The notes: generated by a model not told the origin, from the letters alone. A stretch of DNA of 64,000 bases from Ignavibacteria bacterium (GCA_026417135.1 JAOADV010000013.1:1142-65141), one strand, 5' to 3'. Counted from the first letter of the stretch, positions 8,445-18,955 are shown. Numbers and translations are program-made.

Positions 8445-9692
8445 ATGTTTTGGACGAAAATTCTAAGTTTTTTTGGTTTGCTTTTTGTTTTTCTTCTTGT
8501 CTGGTTGATTTCGGAGAACAAGAGAAAATTCCCAGTTCGAGTTGTTTTTTGGGGCTTGATATTGCAATTCGGTTTTGCTTTATTGGTTCTTTATGTACCT
8601 TTTGGTGTTGAATCGTTCCGATGGTTAGGCGACCGAGTAGCCGAATTTCTCGATTTTAGCAAAAAAGGAGCTGAATTTGTTTTTGGTAACCTTGGAAAAA
8701 TCGAACACCAAAACCTATTCGGCTATCAATTTGCAGTTATTATCTCGGCAACTATTATATTCTTTTCCAGTGTTGTTGCTGTCCTTTATAGATATGGAAT
8801 TATCCAAAGAATTGTTTACGCAATGGCTTGGGTTATGAGTAAAACTATGGGAACAAGTGGGGTCGAATCTCTTTCTGCTGCGAGTAACGTATTTCTTGGC
8901 CAGACCGAAGCCCCACTTTTAGTTCGACATTATTTGCCAAATGCAACGCGTTCGGAACTATTTTCTATTATGTGTGGTGGTTTTGCTACAATCGCTGGTG
9001 GGGTTATGGCAGCGTATATTCAAATGGGTATTTCACCAGTTATTCTTATCACGGCAAGCTTAATTTCTGCCCCGGGAAGTCTTATGCTTTCGAAAATTGT
9101 AATAGAACCGAAAAGCTCGGTGAAAAGTATAAAAGAAGTCAAACACATAACTATCCCAGAAACAAAGAACATACTTGATGCAATTACTCAAGGGGCAAGT
9201 GATGGTATGCGACTTGCCATAAACGTAGTTGCAATGCTTATTGCATTTGTTTCTCTTATTGCTTTAATCGATGCTGGATTGAATCTAGTTCACACTTGGC
9301 TTGCCGAAGTGGGTATATATTTCCCCAAAAGCCTTAAAGAAATTTTTGGATACGTTTTTCTTCCATTTGCTTTTTTGGTCGGAATACCGGCTGAGGAAGC
9401 AAAAATTTTTGCAAGCTTGCTTGGCACCAAAATTAGTATAAATGAATTCATTGCCTACGCAAACTTAGCCGAAATGATTAAAAATGGAGCATTATCGCAA
9501 AGGACAATAACGCTTGCTACTTTTGCATTGTGTGGTTTTGCTAACTTTGGCTCGATAGCAATACAAATTGGAGGGATTGGAGCATTAGTCCCAGAACGCC
9601 GCCACGAAGTTGCTCTGCTTGGTTTCAAAGCAATGATTGTCGGTGCTCTTGCTAACCTCTTGACTGCGACGATTGCAGGTTTGATTTTATAA
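8445..9692 (+). CDS. nupC: concentrative nucleoside transporter (NupC/CNT family)
   Basis: A ~415-aa polytopic membrane protein with the CNT N-terminal helix bundle and the C-terminal GxxxG-rich hairpin region that CNT family proteins carry. Confidence 0.75.
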   Translation: MFWTKILSFFGLLFVFLLVWLISENKRKFPVRVVFWGLILQFGFALLVLYVPFGVESFRWLGDRVAEFLDFSKKGAEFVFGNLGKIEHQNLFGYQFAVIISATIIFFSSVVAVLYRYGIIQRIVYAMAWVMSKTMGTSGVESLSAASNVFLGQTEAPLLVRHYLPNATRSELFSIMCGGFATIAGGVMAAYIQMGISPVILITASLISAPGSLMLSKIVIEPKSSVKSIKEVKHITIPETKNILDAITQGASDGMRLAINVVAMLIAFVSLIALIDAGLNLVHTWLAEVGIYFPKSLKEIFGYVFLPFAFLVGIPAEEAKIFASLLGTKISINEFIAYANLAEMIKNGALSQRTITLATFALCGFANFGSIAIQIGGIGALVPERRHEVALLGFKAMIVGALANLLTATIAGLIL

Positions 9693-9755
9693 ATACAATT
9701 ATTCAGCTTTTAATTTGTCTTTATTTAGAATTAATGAAATTTTAAAAAAATTAAA

Positions 9756-11678
9756 GTGGAAATAGAAAAAGGAAAATACAAATTGTTATTCCAAGTGGAC
9801 TCGCCCGAAGAGTTGCGAAAGCTACCTCAAAAGTTATTGCCCCAATTGTGTACTGAACTTAGGAATTATATCATTGATGTAATTACAAAGGTCGGCGGGC
9901 ATTTCGGACCTAATCTTGGGGCTGTCGAACTTACAGTTGCTTTGCATTATGTTTTCGATACCCCCAAAGATAAAATCGTTTTCGACACTGGACACCAAGG
10001 ATATCCCCACAAGGTTCTCACTGGGCGTCGGGACTTACTCCCAACTATTAGAAAGAAAGGTGGAATAAGTGGTTTTCTTAAACCAAGCGAAAGCGAATAC
10101 GATGTTTACGGAGCTGGGCACGCAAGCACAAGTATCTCTGCTGCATTAGGGTTTGCAACTGCTCGGGACCTTTTGAAAGAGGATTATAAAGTTGTTGCTG
10201 TTATTGGCGATGGTGCTTTAACTGGTGGGCTTGCTTTCGAAGGTATGAACAATTGTGGTTTCCAAAAACGTGATATTATTGTAGTTTTCAACGATAATGG
10301 AATTTCCATCGACCCGAACGTTTCTGCAATTTCGACTTACTTCAACGAAATCTTTTCATCGCGGACAATAAATACTGTTCGAGAAACTATTTGGAAAGCA
10401 ACAGACAAGTTCCCCCATTTTGGCGACCGATTGAAGGAATTTCTTAGTCGACTCGAAGGTGGGCTTAAATCTATTATGACCCCAGGAATGTTGTTCGAAG
10501 CCTTAGGGTTCAACTATTTTGGTCCAATCAATGGACATAATGTCCATAAATTAGTTAAAATGCTTAGACAAATAAAAGAGTTAAAAGGACCAATCCTTCT
10601 TCATATAATGACAGAAAAGGGGAAAGGATATCCTCCCGCAGCCAATGATTACACTAAACTCCACGCAATCAGTAAAACAATTGAAAAAGAAACAAAGGTT
10701 ATCGAAAAAATAGATATTCAACCACAAATTCCCTCCTATTCCGACGTTTTTGGCGACGCAGTAATAGAATTGATGGAAAAAGATGAGAAAATTGTTGCGA
10801 TTAGTGCAGCAATGTTAACTGGAACTGGTTTACTTAAAGCAAGTCAGCTATTCCCAACAAGAGTTTTCGACGTTGGTATTGCCGAAGGGCACGCTGTAAC
10901 TTATGCGTGTGGACTTGCTGCGAAAGGAATTTTGCCCATTTGTGCAATCTACTCAACTTTTCTACAAAGAGCATTCGACCATATAATTCACGATTGTGCT
11001 CTACAAAATCTACACGTCGTTTTTGCTCTTGACCGTGCTGGATTGGTAGGCGAAGATGGTCCAACTCACCATGGAACTTTCGATTTAGCATACCTTCGAT
11101 TAATCCCGAATATGATTGTATCAGCTCCAAAAAACGAACAAGAACTCCGCAATCTACTTTATTCTTCTCTTTATTACTACCCCGGACCTGTTGCTATCAG
11201 ATATCCCAGAGGTAAAGCATTTGGCATACCCGAGAACAAATTTGAATATATACCTCTTGGGTCGTGGGAAGAGATTCTGACTGGTAAAGATTTGGCGCTC
11301 CTTGCTGTTGGGAAAATGGTTTCTCGTGCTTTGCAAGCTTGCGAAATACTTGAACAATATGGTCTTGAACCAACCGTTATAAATTCAAGGTTCGTCAAAC
11401 CACTCGATGAGCCTCTTCTAACCAAAATTTTATCCAACCACAACTATTTGGTTACTATCGAAGAAGGCACCCTTCTTGGTGGCTTCGGCTCTGCGGTTAG
11501 CGAATTTTTAACTCGGCAAAGACACAAAGCAAAACTACTTATGTTGGGAATTCCCGATAAATTCATCGGGCACGGAACACAAGACGAATTGCTTACAGAG
11601 CTCGGTCTCGACCCAAAAGGAATCGCCAACTCCGTTTTATCATTTGTAGCAGAAAAAGTAAATATCCCAGCAAAATAA
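9756..11678 (+). CDS. dxs: 1-deoxy-D-xylulose-5-phosphate synthase
   Basis: GHFGPNLGAVELTVALHYVFDTPKDKIVFDTGHQGYPHKVLTGRR (TPP-binding region), a GDGALTGG motif, and a transketolase-like C-terminal domain. It has a GTG start. Confidence 0.9.
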   Translation: MEIEKGKYKLLFQVDSPEELRKLPQKLLPQLCTELRNYIIDVITKVGGHFGPNLGAVELTVALHYVFDTPKDKIVFDTGHQGYPHKVLTGRRDLLPTIRKKGGISGFLKPSESEYDVYGAGHASTSISAALGFATARDLLKEDYKVVAVIGDGALTGGLAFEGMNNCGFQKRDIIVVFNDNGISIDPNVSAISTYFNEIFSSRTINTVRETIWKATDKFPHFGDRLKEFLSRLEGGLKSIMTPGMLFEALGFNYFGPINGHNVHKLVKMLRQIKELKGPILLHIMTEKGKGYPPAANDYTKLHAISKTIEKETKVIEKIDIQPQIPSYSDVFGDAVIELMEKDEKIVAISAAMLTGTGLLKASQLFPTRVFDVGIAEGHAVTYACGLAAKGILPICAIYSTFLQRAFDHIIHDCALQNLHVVFALDRAGLVGEDGPTHHGTFDLAYLRLIPNMIVSAPKNEQELRNLLYSSLYYYPGPVAIRYPRGKAFGIPENKFEYIPLGSWEEILTGKDLALLAVGKMVSRALQACEILEQYGLEPTVINSRFVKPLDEPLLTKILSNHNYLVTIEEGTLLGGFGSAVSEFLTRQRHKAKLLMLGIPDKFIGHGTQDELLTELGLDPKGIANSVLSFVAEKVNIPAK

Positions 11679-11732
11679 AAAACTCAATAACAATAATTAC
11701 ATTAACTCCCACACTATCTTTTGCAATTTAAG

Positions 11733-11760
11733 TTGCACAGGCTGGAAGCCTGTGCTCCCA
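11733..11760 (-). repeat. GC-rich palindromic hairpin element, copy 2 (GCACAGGCT-GGAA-GCCTGTGC)
   Basis: The stem is a perfect 8-bp inverted repeat. In minus orientation it matches the copy at 1744..1772, including the flanking CAACT(G/T)AA. It lies downstream of both dxs (+) and the convergent hydroxylase gene (-). Confidence 0.4.
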
Positions 11761-12100
11761 GGTAACGATATTATACTTGATTTTGCTGACGAAAGCTGCT
11801 TTTTGAGGATGAAAGGGAACACTCAGAGTTTGTTTCTGTGATAGGGAAAGTGTTGTTGGATATTTAGAAAAATCAAGTAATGAGGAAATGATAACGTTTT
11901 TTACAATAGTTTGAATACTTCATAAAGTTAGATACTTTAAAATAAAGAAGATTCAAAAAATTGGTAATATGCTTAACCAAATTCTTAAATATGAACTTTG
12001 AGGTAATGCAATGCTTTGGAAAACACTTTATTTGCGAAATAATTTTCAGCATTAAAAACCGAAGGTTTCATTTCATAAAAACAGATTTGGCTTGAATTTT

Positions 12101-12739
12101 CTAAATTCTCCTTTCGGAAAGTGTCTTTTCTGTCGGGAGTGTTCCAAATACATAATCCCAAAGCGGAGTACTAACCCCGAAACGTAAGTTTTCATCTTGG
12201 TAGTGGTGTTTCATATGATGTGCTTTTAGTTTCATCAAATATTTATTTTTGATTTGAAAGTGGTGGACAGCATAGTGTGTCATATCGTAAATTAGATAAC
12301 CTAAAACAAAACCAGCATAGAAGGGAAGCTCCAAACGCCCGGGAAAAATCCAGTAGAAAATGAGGAAAAAAATTATGGCTAAAGGTATGCTTACCGATGG
12401 AGTCATCACAAGGCGAAGTGGGTCTTTTGGGTAGCTGTGGTGAACACCGTGAAAAATGAAATGTAGCTTTTCCCCAAGTGGTGTTTTGGGTTGATAATGA
12501 AATACGAAACGATGGAGGATATATTCGACAAATGTCCAAGAAAAAATTCCGAGAATAAATAAAGGAACGACCGTTTCGATGTTCAGTTGGTAAATGTAGA
12601 TGGAATAATATAAAGTTACAAGAACAACGGGGATGTAGATAATTAATGGAACATACCAAGGAATTTTTGAAAATAACTCTAAAATTTCATTTTTGAACAA
12701 TCTTGGAGTAATAGGGGAATTGGTAATTTTTCGCTCCAT
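12101..12739 (-). CDS. fatty acid hydroxylase / sterol desaturase family membrane protein
   Basis: Histidine boxes HRFVFHY, HGVHHSYP and HHMKHHYQ. The supplied ORF track lists this ORF as '+', but the sequence shows it on the minus strand: the reverse complement of 12739 downward reads ATG GAG CGA AAA... = MERKIT..., while the plus frame from 12101 hits a stop after 26 codons. Confidence 0.75.
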   Translation of the reverse strand: MERKITNSPITPRLFKNEILELFSKIPWYVPLIIYIPVVLVTLYYSIYIYQLNIETVVPLFILGIFSWTFVEYILHRFVFHYQPKTPLGEKLHFIFHGVHHSYPKDPLRLVMTPSVSIPLAIIFFLIFYWIFPGRLELPFYAGFVLGYLIYDMTHYAVHHFQIKNKYLMKLKAHHMKHHYQDENLRFGVSTPLWDYVFGTLPTEKTLSERRI

Positions 12740-12829
12740 ATAACCTCCTTTTTTTGAATTTTTAAAAACGATAATAATTTTTGCAAATTGTTAAGAAAAA
12801 ATTTAGCTTATCTAAAGTTTTATTTAGAT

Positions 12830-13408
12830 TTAAAACCTAACATTTCTTAATGAAATAGCAAGTTTTAAAATTTCGAGGTATTTTCGTCGAGGTATTTCAA
12901 TAGCTCCCAACAAACGAGTGTGTTCATTAATAAATTGACTATCCAAGAGAATAAACCCACGCGACTTTAAATGTTCGACAAGATGGTAGAAAGCAACTTT
13001 CGATGCATTACTTACAAAGGAGAACATAGATTCCCCGAAAAACGCAGCTCCAATACTAACACCGTACAAGCCACCGACCAAATCGCCATCGAGAAAAGTT
13101 TCGACCGAATGAGCAAAACCTAAGTGAAAAAGGTTAATATATGAATCGATTAATATATCGTTTATCCAAGAATCGATTCTATTTGCACAATTTCGTATAA
13201 CATCTTCGAAACAAGTGTCGAATCTAACTTCGAAGATTTTCTTTTTTAAAATTTGTTTTGTAGAATGAGAAGGTTTTAAATCGTACAAAGGAAATATAGC
13301 GCGAGGGTCGGGGGAATACCACTCTATTTTACCAGTCAAGGAATTTGCCATTGGGAAAAACGAGTTCGAGTAAGCAAAAATCAAGACTTCTGGCGAAAGT
13401 AATTTCAT
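12830..13408 (-). CDS. aat: leucyl/phenylalanyl-tRNA--protein transferase
   Basis: The L/F-transferase family pattern (PDPRAIFPLYDLKPS..., GGLYGVSIGAAFFGESMF) is present. Confidence 0.8.
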   Translation of the reverse strand: MKLLSPEVLIFAYSNSFFPMANSLTGKIEWYSPDPRAIFPLYDLKPSHSTKQILKKKIFEVRFDTCFEDVIRNCANRIDSWINDILIDSYINLFHLGFAHSVETFLDGDLVGGLYGVSIGAAFFGESMFSFVSNASKVAFYHLVEHLKSRGFILLDSQFINEHTRLLGAIEIPRRKYLEILKLAISLRNVRF

Positions 13409-13418
13409 CGTTACTATT

Positions 13419-14672
13419 CTACTGGTTTCGATTTATATTCCAAAGCAAGGAACTGTCGCCGTAACTGAGGAATCTATATCCTTTTTCGAGAGCTTCGTTG
13501 TATATCGAACGCCAATAATCGCCGACGAATGTGTATATCAAGAGCAAAAGAGTGCTTCGAGGTTGATGAAAATTTGTAATTATTGCGTCGAAAAAGTTGA
13601 TTTTGTAGTTAGGGGTTATATAAAGATTTGTTGTGCCGTAAATCGAGTTTAAATTTTTCTTTTCCATAAGTTCAAGTAAGTATTCTATGGATTCGGCTGG
13701 TTTTATCTGCCTTTTGAACTCCATCCATTCGTATTGTCCAAGATTTAAAGGTAAATTTAAATTTTTAATATCATCCTCGATTAACCTTTGGGAAATCCAA
13801 TGCAAGGATTCCAAAGTGCGAACACTTGTTGTTCCAACAGCAACGAGAAATTCATCCTTTGTTTTCTTTTTTAAAAAATTTAAAATTTTTAAAATATTTT
13901 CCTTTGTAACTTGGAATTGTTCGTAATGCATCTTATGTTCGAAAATGTCTTCTGTGGAAATAGGTTTAAAAGTTCCAGTGCCAATATGCAAAACAACATC
14001 GGCAAAGCCGATACCTTTTCGTTGCAAGTCGTCGATTATTTGAGCAGTGAAATGTAACCCAGCGGTTGGCGCTGCAACTGAACCAGGCGTGCTTGCGTAA
14101 ATTGTTTGGTAGCGAGTTTTATCCAAAGCTAAATCGGCTCGTTTAATGTAAGGGGGTAAAGGTGTTCTCCCAAGGTTTTCGAGAACTTCGTAGAACATTC
14201 GCTCGGGCGGCGACCAGCTAATTTCTACAACAGAATGGTCTTTGTTGCGGGCGACAATGTTAGCTTCTACATTAATATTCAATGATTCTTCGAAGGAAGA
14301 GTAAAGAACTGAGCCTACTCGAAGTCTGCCTCCTTTTAGCAAGGCTTTCCACGTCGAAGGACTTCCAGATTGGAGTACAATTTGCGGGTCGGTCGAAGGG
14401 CTGATTGGTTCAAGTAAAAAAATTTGTGCTTGGGCACCTGTAGCTTTCTGAAAATATAATCTTGCTTGAAGGACTTTGGATATATTTCGAACCAACAAAG
14501 AGCCCGATGGAAGAAATTCGGGCAAATCAAGAAACAAGCGATGAAATATTTTTCGGTCCTGCGAAAAAACAAGCAACTTACTTCTGTCCCTTTCGTTAGC
14601 TGGGAACTGAGCAATCTGATGTTTTTCGAGTGGATAGTCAAAATAATCTATGTTGAACTCTATGGTGCTCAT
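13419..14672 (-). CDS. queA: S-adenosylmethionine:tRNA ribosyltransferase-isomerase
   Basis: DYPLEKHQIAQFPANERDRSKLLV, GTTSVRTLES and the C-terminal FLSYGDSSLL are QueA hallmarks. It is somewhat longer (417 aa) than the typical ~350 aa. Confidence 0.85.
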   Translation of the reverse strand: MSTIEFNIDYFDYPLEKHQIAQFPANERDRSKLLVFSQDRKIFHRLFLDLPEFLPSGSLLVRNISKVLQARLYFQKATGAQAQIFLLEPISPSTDPQIVLQSGSPSTWKALLKGGRLRVGSVLYSSFEESLNINVEANIVARNKDHSVVEISWSPPERMFYEVLENLGRTPLPPYIKRADLALDKTRYQTIYASTPGSVAAPTAGLHFTAQIIDDLQRKGIGFADVVLHIGTGTFKPISTEDIFEHKMHYEQFQVTKENILKILNFLKKKTKDEFLVAVGTTSVRTLESLHWISQRLIEDDIKNLNLPLNLGQYEWMEFKRQIKPAESIEYLLELMEKKNLNSIYGTTNLYITPNYKINFFDAIITNFHQPRSTLLLLIYTFVGDYWRSIYNEALEKGYRFLSYGDSSLLWNINRNQ

Positions 14673-14760
14673 TTTCTTGCTCTTAAATATTTAAAAACGA
14701 AATAGAATGAAAAAAATGCTTTATTTTTGTAAATTTTAACTTATTGATTTTTTGAATTTT

Positions 14761-15513
14761 ATGAAAAATTGTTCAATCTCTTTGGTGATACCAGTCTTTA
14801 ACGAAGAGAATCGAATTGGTAAGACGCTTAATATAGTTTCGGATTTTTTTCGAAAAGAAAACTTTAATTACGAAATAATCATTGTTGATGACGGTTCTAC
14901 TGATGGAACATTAACCGAATTGGAAAAATTTAAAGATGAGGTTAAAATTTTAAGTTATAAACCAAACAAAGGTAAAGGAGCAGCAGTTCGAACTGGTATG
15001 CTATATGCAAAAGGGGATTTTAGATTTTTTTCCGATGCAGACTTGTCGACTCCGATATACGAAATTCATAAATTGTTGGATAAATTGTTAGCTGGTGCTG
15101 ATATTTGCATAGGTAGCAGAGCTATCGAACCGAATTTGATACGGAAACACCAGCCGTTTTATCGCGAGTTGATGGGCAAAACCTTTAATAAATTTGTCCA
15201 ACTTTTAGTTTTTAAAGGAATCGAAGATACTCAATGTGGATTTAAAGGCTTTACAGCTAATGCATCTGACCTAATTTTTTCGAGGGCATTAATAGATGGC
15301 TTTAGTTTCGATGTCGAAATTCTTCATATTGGCCGAAAATTAGGGCTAAAGATTGAGCAAGTCCCAGTTGAATGGTACAACGACCAAAGGTCGAAAGTTC
15401 ATCCAATACGGGATTCTTTTAATATGCTGGTAGAACTTTTTAAAATTAGGAAGCTACATTCGAACGACACTCTAATAATTCGAAAAAAAGAAATTGAAAA
15501 CAATAACCTTTAA
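14761..15513 (+). CDS. family 2 glycosyltransferase (polyprenol-phosphate glycosyltransferase-like)
   Basis: ISLVIPVFNEE, DDGSTDGT and the DxD region of a GT-A fold (DPM1/GtrB-like). The start is moved to the ATG at 14761. Confidence 0.75.
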   Translation: MKNCSISLVIPVFNEENRIGKTLNIVSDFFRKENFNYEIIIVDDGSTDGTLTELEKFKDEVKILSYKPNKGKGAAVRTGMLYAKGDFRFFSDADLSTPIYEIHKLLDKLLAGADICIGSRAIEPNLIRKHQPFYRELMGKTFNKFVQLLVFKGIEDTQCGFKGFTANASDLIFSRALIDGFSFDVEILHIGRKLGLKIEQVPVEWYNDQRSKVHPIRDSFNMLVELFKIRKLHSNDTLIIRKKEIENNNL

Positions 15514-16708
15514 ATTATATTTTGGGGAAGCTTGGTCGCGGAATTTGCTTTATCTGGGTATATCCCAATTTATTGCAATGATTGGGATGAATGCAGTAAT
15601 TCCTTTTTTACCTTTATACATACGAGAACTTGGAGTTAGTGGTGAATCTGCGGAAAGATTTTGGAGTGGGATGGTTTTTGCCGGAACTTATTTCCTCGCT
15701 ATTATCTTTGTTCCAATATGGGGGACTCTTGCCGACCGATTCGGAAAAAAACTAATGCTTATGCGAGCTATTTTTGGATTAGCATTGGCTATGTTTCTTA
15801 TGGGTTTTGCACAAAACGTTTGGCATCTATTTTTCCTTCGGATTTTTCAAGGTATGTCGAGCGGTTTTGTTGCAGCAAGTCTTGGGTTTATCGTTGCAAA
15901 TACACCTTCGGACCACAAAGGTTACGCAGTTGGTTTTCTACAAAGTTCCCAATCGGCTGGGATGATTCTTGGTCCATTGATTGGAGGTTTCATTTCAGAT
16001 TTAATTGGTTTTCGTTTTGTTTTCTACCTTGTGGCTGTATTGTGCTTGATTAGTGCGACACTAATTTATTTCAATGTTGTAGAAATTAATAAAACCAAGG
16101 GCGACCCCGAATCCAACCTTTTGACTACATTTACCTCAATCTTTACAGAGAAGAAATATATTTCCCCACTGACTATGATTTTTTTAGCACAAGTAGGTAT
16201 CTATTTATCATTTCCAATATTACCATATTACATAGAAAATCTATTTGCACCAAAAGAGTATATTAGTACTTTGACTGGGCTTGCAGTGGGGTTGGTCGGC
16301 TTCTTAAATGTTCTTTTTGCTCCTCTTTGGGGTAAATGGCTCGACAAAACCAACGCAAACTATTTGTTGAAAAAGGCAAGTATAGTTTTGGGGTGTGCGA
16401 CTTTGCTTCATTCAGTTGTTCCTTCGCACTGGTTTATCTATCCGCTTCGAGCAATTATGGGAATGTCGCTTGCTGGGATTATCCCAGTACTATATTCTTA
16501 CTTAGGTAAGCAGACCCCTTCCGAAAAAATAGGAAGCATTATGGGTTTGGCTTCGGCTTCGACTTTGATGGGCTCTTTATTTGCTTATTTAAGCAACGCT
16601 ATCCTTGCCCCAATTATGGACTTACATTGGCTATTTATAATATCTTCCGGGTTTCTATTTTCAGTTTACTTTTTGTCTAAACAAATCGAGAAAAATTCTT
16701 TTCGATAA
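15494..16708 (+). CDS. MFS transporter
   Basis: 12 predicted TM segments, with an MFS motif-A-like GTLADRFGKK between TM2 and TM3. The start codon is uncertain (TTG at 15494 overlapping the GT2 end). Confidence 0.7.
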   Translation: MKTITFKLYFGEAWSRNLLYLGISQFIAMIGMNAVIPFLPLYIRELGVSGESAERFWSGMVFAGTYFLAIIFVPIWGTLADRFGKKLMLMRAIFGLALAMFLMGFAQNVWHLFFLRIFQGMSSGFVAASLGFIVANTPSDHKGYAVGFLQSSQSAGMILGPLIGGFISDLIGFRFVFYLVAVLCLISATLIYFNVVEINKTKGDPESNLLTTFTSIFTEKKYISPLTMIFLAQVGIYLSFPILPYYIENLFAPKEYISTLTGLAVGLVGFLNVLFAPLWGKWLDKTNANYLLKKASIVLGCATLLHSVVPSHWFIYPLRAIMGMSLAGIIPVLYSYLGKQTPSEKIGSIMGLASASTLMGSLFAYLSNAILAPIMDLHWLFIISSGFLFSVYFLSKQIEKNSFR

Positions 16709-17714
16709 ATTTAGAAGTATATTCAACAAGCGATATAACTTTTGAATAATGCATCCTTTTTGGACCGAGCAAGCCAATATATCCAACTGCATTATTTAAC
16801 CAGTAAGGAGACGCAACAATTGAGTAGTCGTAAAACAATTCACTTTCGGTTTCTTTCCCAATAAGTATCTTCGTTGTCTGCATTCCATCGTCGAATTTCT
16901 TTAAAACTTGCGTTATTTTCCCAGTTTCTTCCAACAAAAGTATTACTTTTTTCACGTTTTCTGGATTGCTAAATTCTGGATGACGAAGCAAGTTCTTAGT
17001 TCCAGCGATAAATGTTTTTTCTTGTTCGACAATATTCGAATAAAATTTATCGAAGACTGTAACTACGAGCTGAAGCAAAGGCGAATCTTTTTCTTCGTGT
17101 TCCGCAACAAGATTTCTAAAGTTTTCATAAATATACCGTAATGGCTTGCCCGAAATTCGACTGTTAATGTATTCAATAACTGATTGAATTTGCTGTTCCT
17201 TTATTTCGAAATCTGTTTCAATCGTTAAAGTTTGGATGATATTGGAATTAAAGACTAAGACAAAAAATAAACGATTTGCGTAAAGTTGGAATATTTGGAA
17301 CTTTTCGACTATTATATTTTGAATTTCGGGTATTACAACAATGCTCAAGTATTTCGAAATTAATCCTAAAACACGCGAAGCTATTTTTAACACATCCTCG
17401 ATTGTAGTTGGTTCGCAACGGCGAAATTCTTCTTCGAGTTTTTTTACCTCTCGTTCGCTAAGTTGACGATGTGGAATTAAATTGTCGATATAAATTCTAT
17501 ATCCTTTGTCTGTTGGAATTCTTCCCGAAGAAATGTGTGTTTGAGCAAGGAGGTCCATTCCTTCGAGCTCGCTCATTATGTTTCTAATAGTGGCAGAACT
17601 CAAATTTAGACTTTTGCTGAGATATTTCGAGACCAATCGTGAACCGACCGGTGTAGCAGTATTAATATAAAGTTGCACAACGGCCCGAAGAACAATTTTC
17701 TCCCGGTCTTTCAT
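16677..17714 (-). CDS. hrcA: heat-inducible transcriptional repressor HrcA
   Basis: N-terminal winged helix REKIVLRAVVQLYINTATPVGSRLVSKYL, and HrcA-length C-terminal domains. The start is taken at MKDREK. Confidence 0.8.
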   Translation of the reverse strand: MKDREKIVLRAVVQLYINTATPVGSRLVSKYLSKSLNLSSATIRNIMSELEGMDLLAQTHISSGRIPTDKGYRIYIDNLIPHRQLSEREVKKLEEEFRRCEPTTIEDVLKIASRVLGLISKYLSIVVIPEIQNIIVEKFQIFQLYANRLFFVLVFNSNIIQTLTIETDFEIKEQQIQSVIEYINSRISGKPLRYIYENFRNLVAEHEEKDSPLLQLVVTVFDKFYSNIVEQEKTFIAGTKNLLRHPEFSNPENVKKVILLLEETGKITQVLKKFDDGMQTTKILIGKETESELFYDYSIVASPYWLNNAVGYIGLLGPKRMHYSKVISLVEYTSKFIEKNFSRFV

Positions 17715-17830
17715 TGCCAGCCCTCGATTCGTTTTTTGTAAAATATATTTATTTGGTATCATAACCAAAAAGATATATTTTAAATCCTTAAAAATAGACA
17801 AATTTTGTTTTTTTTTATTTTCTTTTAACT

Positions 17831-18955
17831 ATGAAACGAGTCGGAATAATTATGGCTGGCGGAACAGGCGAAAGGTTTTGGCCAGTAAGCAGAACAAATA
17901 AACCAAAGCAACTCTTGCCCTTAAATACCGATATTCCCTTGTTATTAGAGACATTAAACAGAATTTCTCCAGTAATTTCATCTGACGACACATTCATACT
18001 TACTAATGTTTCGATGATTCAGCCAATTATTGAACTTCTTCCAAATTTTCCGCTCGAAAATATTATCGTCGAGCCATACAAGAAAAACACTGCCCCAGCT
18101 ATTGTCCTTGGAATTTCATACATTCTTGCAAGATACGAAAAAGAGTTTTCTACGAGCGACATTTCAGTCGGTATTTTTACTTCGGACCAAATGATTTATC
18201 CACAACAAGCCTTCATCGAAACGATTGAGCAAGCGTTGGAATATGTCGAAAAGTTTCCATTTCTTGCTACAATTGGAATAATTCCTACGCGTCCAGAAAC
18301 TGGCTATGGATATATTGAACTCGAAAAACCCTTCGAAACAAATATTTGGGAAATTGCTAAAGTTGTGAGATTTCGTGAAAAACCAGACTACGAAACTGCA
18401 AAAGTTTTCCTCGAAACTGGACGCTTCCTTTGGAATAGCGGAATGTTTTTCTGGCGAGCAGACACCTTTTTAGACGAAGCAAAGGTTCATTTGCCAGATA
18501 TTGCTAATAAAATTGATGAACTAAAAGACATATTCCAAAAAGATTTCGAAAGAGTGCCTTTCGAGCTTATCCCTAAAATAACACCAATTTTTTCTGGATT
18601 TTCTGAAATATCGATTGACTATGCCCTAATGGAAAAATCAAATCGAATAGTTGTTGTCCCAGCCAAATTTAGTTGGGATGATATCGGGGCTTGGGATTCA
18701 TTGGACCGTACCAAGGCTCACGATGAATTTGGAAATGTTTCCTTAGGAAACAATTTATTAATCGACACTCGAAACACTATTGTTTTCAATGCTTCTTCGA
18801 ACAATAAAATTAAAGTTGCATTGATTGGGCTCGATAATTTCGTTGTTGTTGCAACGGACGATGCTTTTTTGGTCTGCCCCAAAACAGAGGTACAAAAAGT
18901 TAAAAAATGCGTCGAAAAACTAAAAACTGAACCAGATGGAAACTTGTGGATTTGA
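17831..18955 (+). CDS. mannose-1-phosphate guanylyltransferase (NTP-transferase)
   Basis: MKRVGIIMAGGTGERFWPVSR nucleotidyltransferase signature with a ManC-like C-terminal beta-helix region. Confidence 0.75.
   Translation: MKRVGIIMAGGTGERFWPVSRTNKPKQLLPLNTDIPLLLETLNRISPVISSDDTFILTNVSMIQPIIELLPNFPLENIIVEPYKKNTAPAIVLGISYILARYEKEFSTSDISVGIFTSDQMIYPQQAFIETIEQALEYVEKFPFLATIGIIPTRPETGYGYIELEKPFETNIWEIAKVVRFREKPDYETAKVFLETGRFLWNSGMFFWRADTFLDEAKVHLPDIANKIDELKDIFQKDFERVPFELIPKITPIFSGFSEISIDYALMEKSNRIVVVPAKFSWDDIGAWDSLDRTKAHDEFGNVSLGNNLLIDTRNTIVFNASSNNKIKVALIGLDNFVVVATDDAFLVCPKTEVQKVKKCVEKLKTEPDGNLWI

Noticed and set aside
12243-12659. 138-aa minus-strand ORF in the track
   Set aside because: It is a TTG-initiated shadow ORF in an alternative frame of the hydroxylase gene, with non-protein-like Cys/Arg/Phe-rich composition.
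15661-16053. 130-aa ORF inside the MFS gene in another frame
   Set aside because: Same-strand frame shadow; the MFS frame has continuous TM-helix periodicity and this one does not.
17715-17830. Searched for CIRCE (TTAGCACTC-N9-GAGTGCTAA) upstream of hrcA
   Set aside because: No inverted repeat resembling CIRCE was found in the AT-rich hrcA/manC intergenic region.
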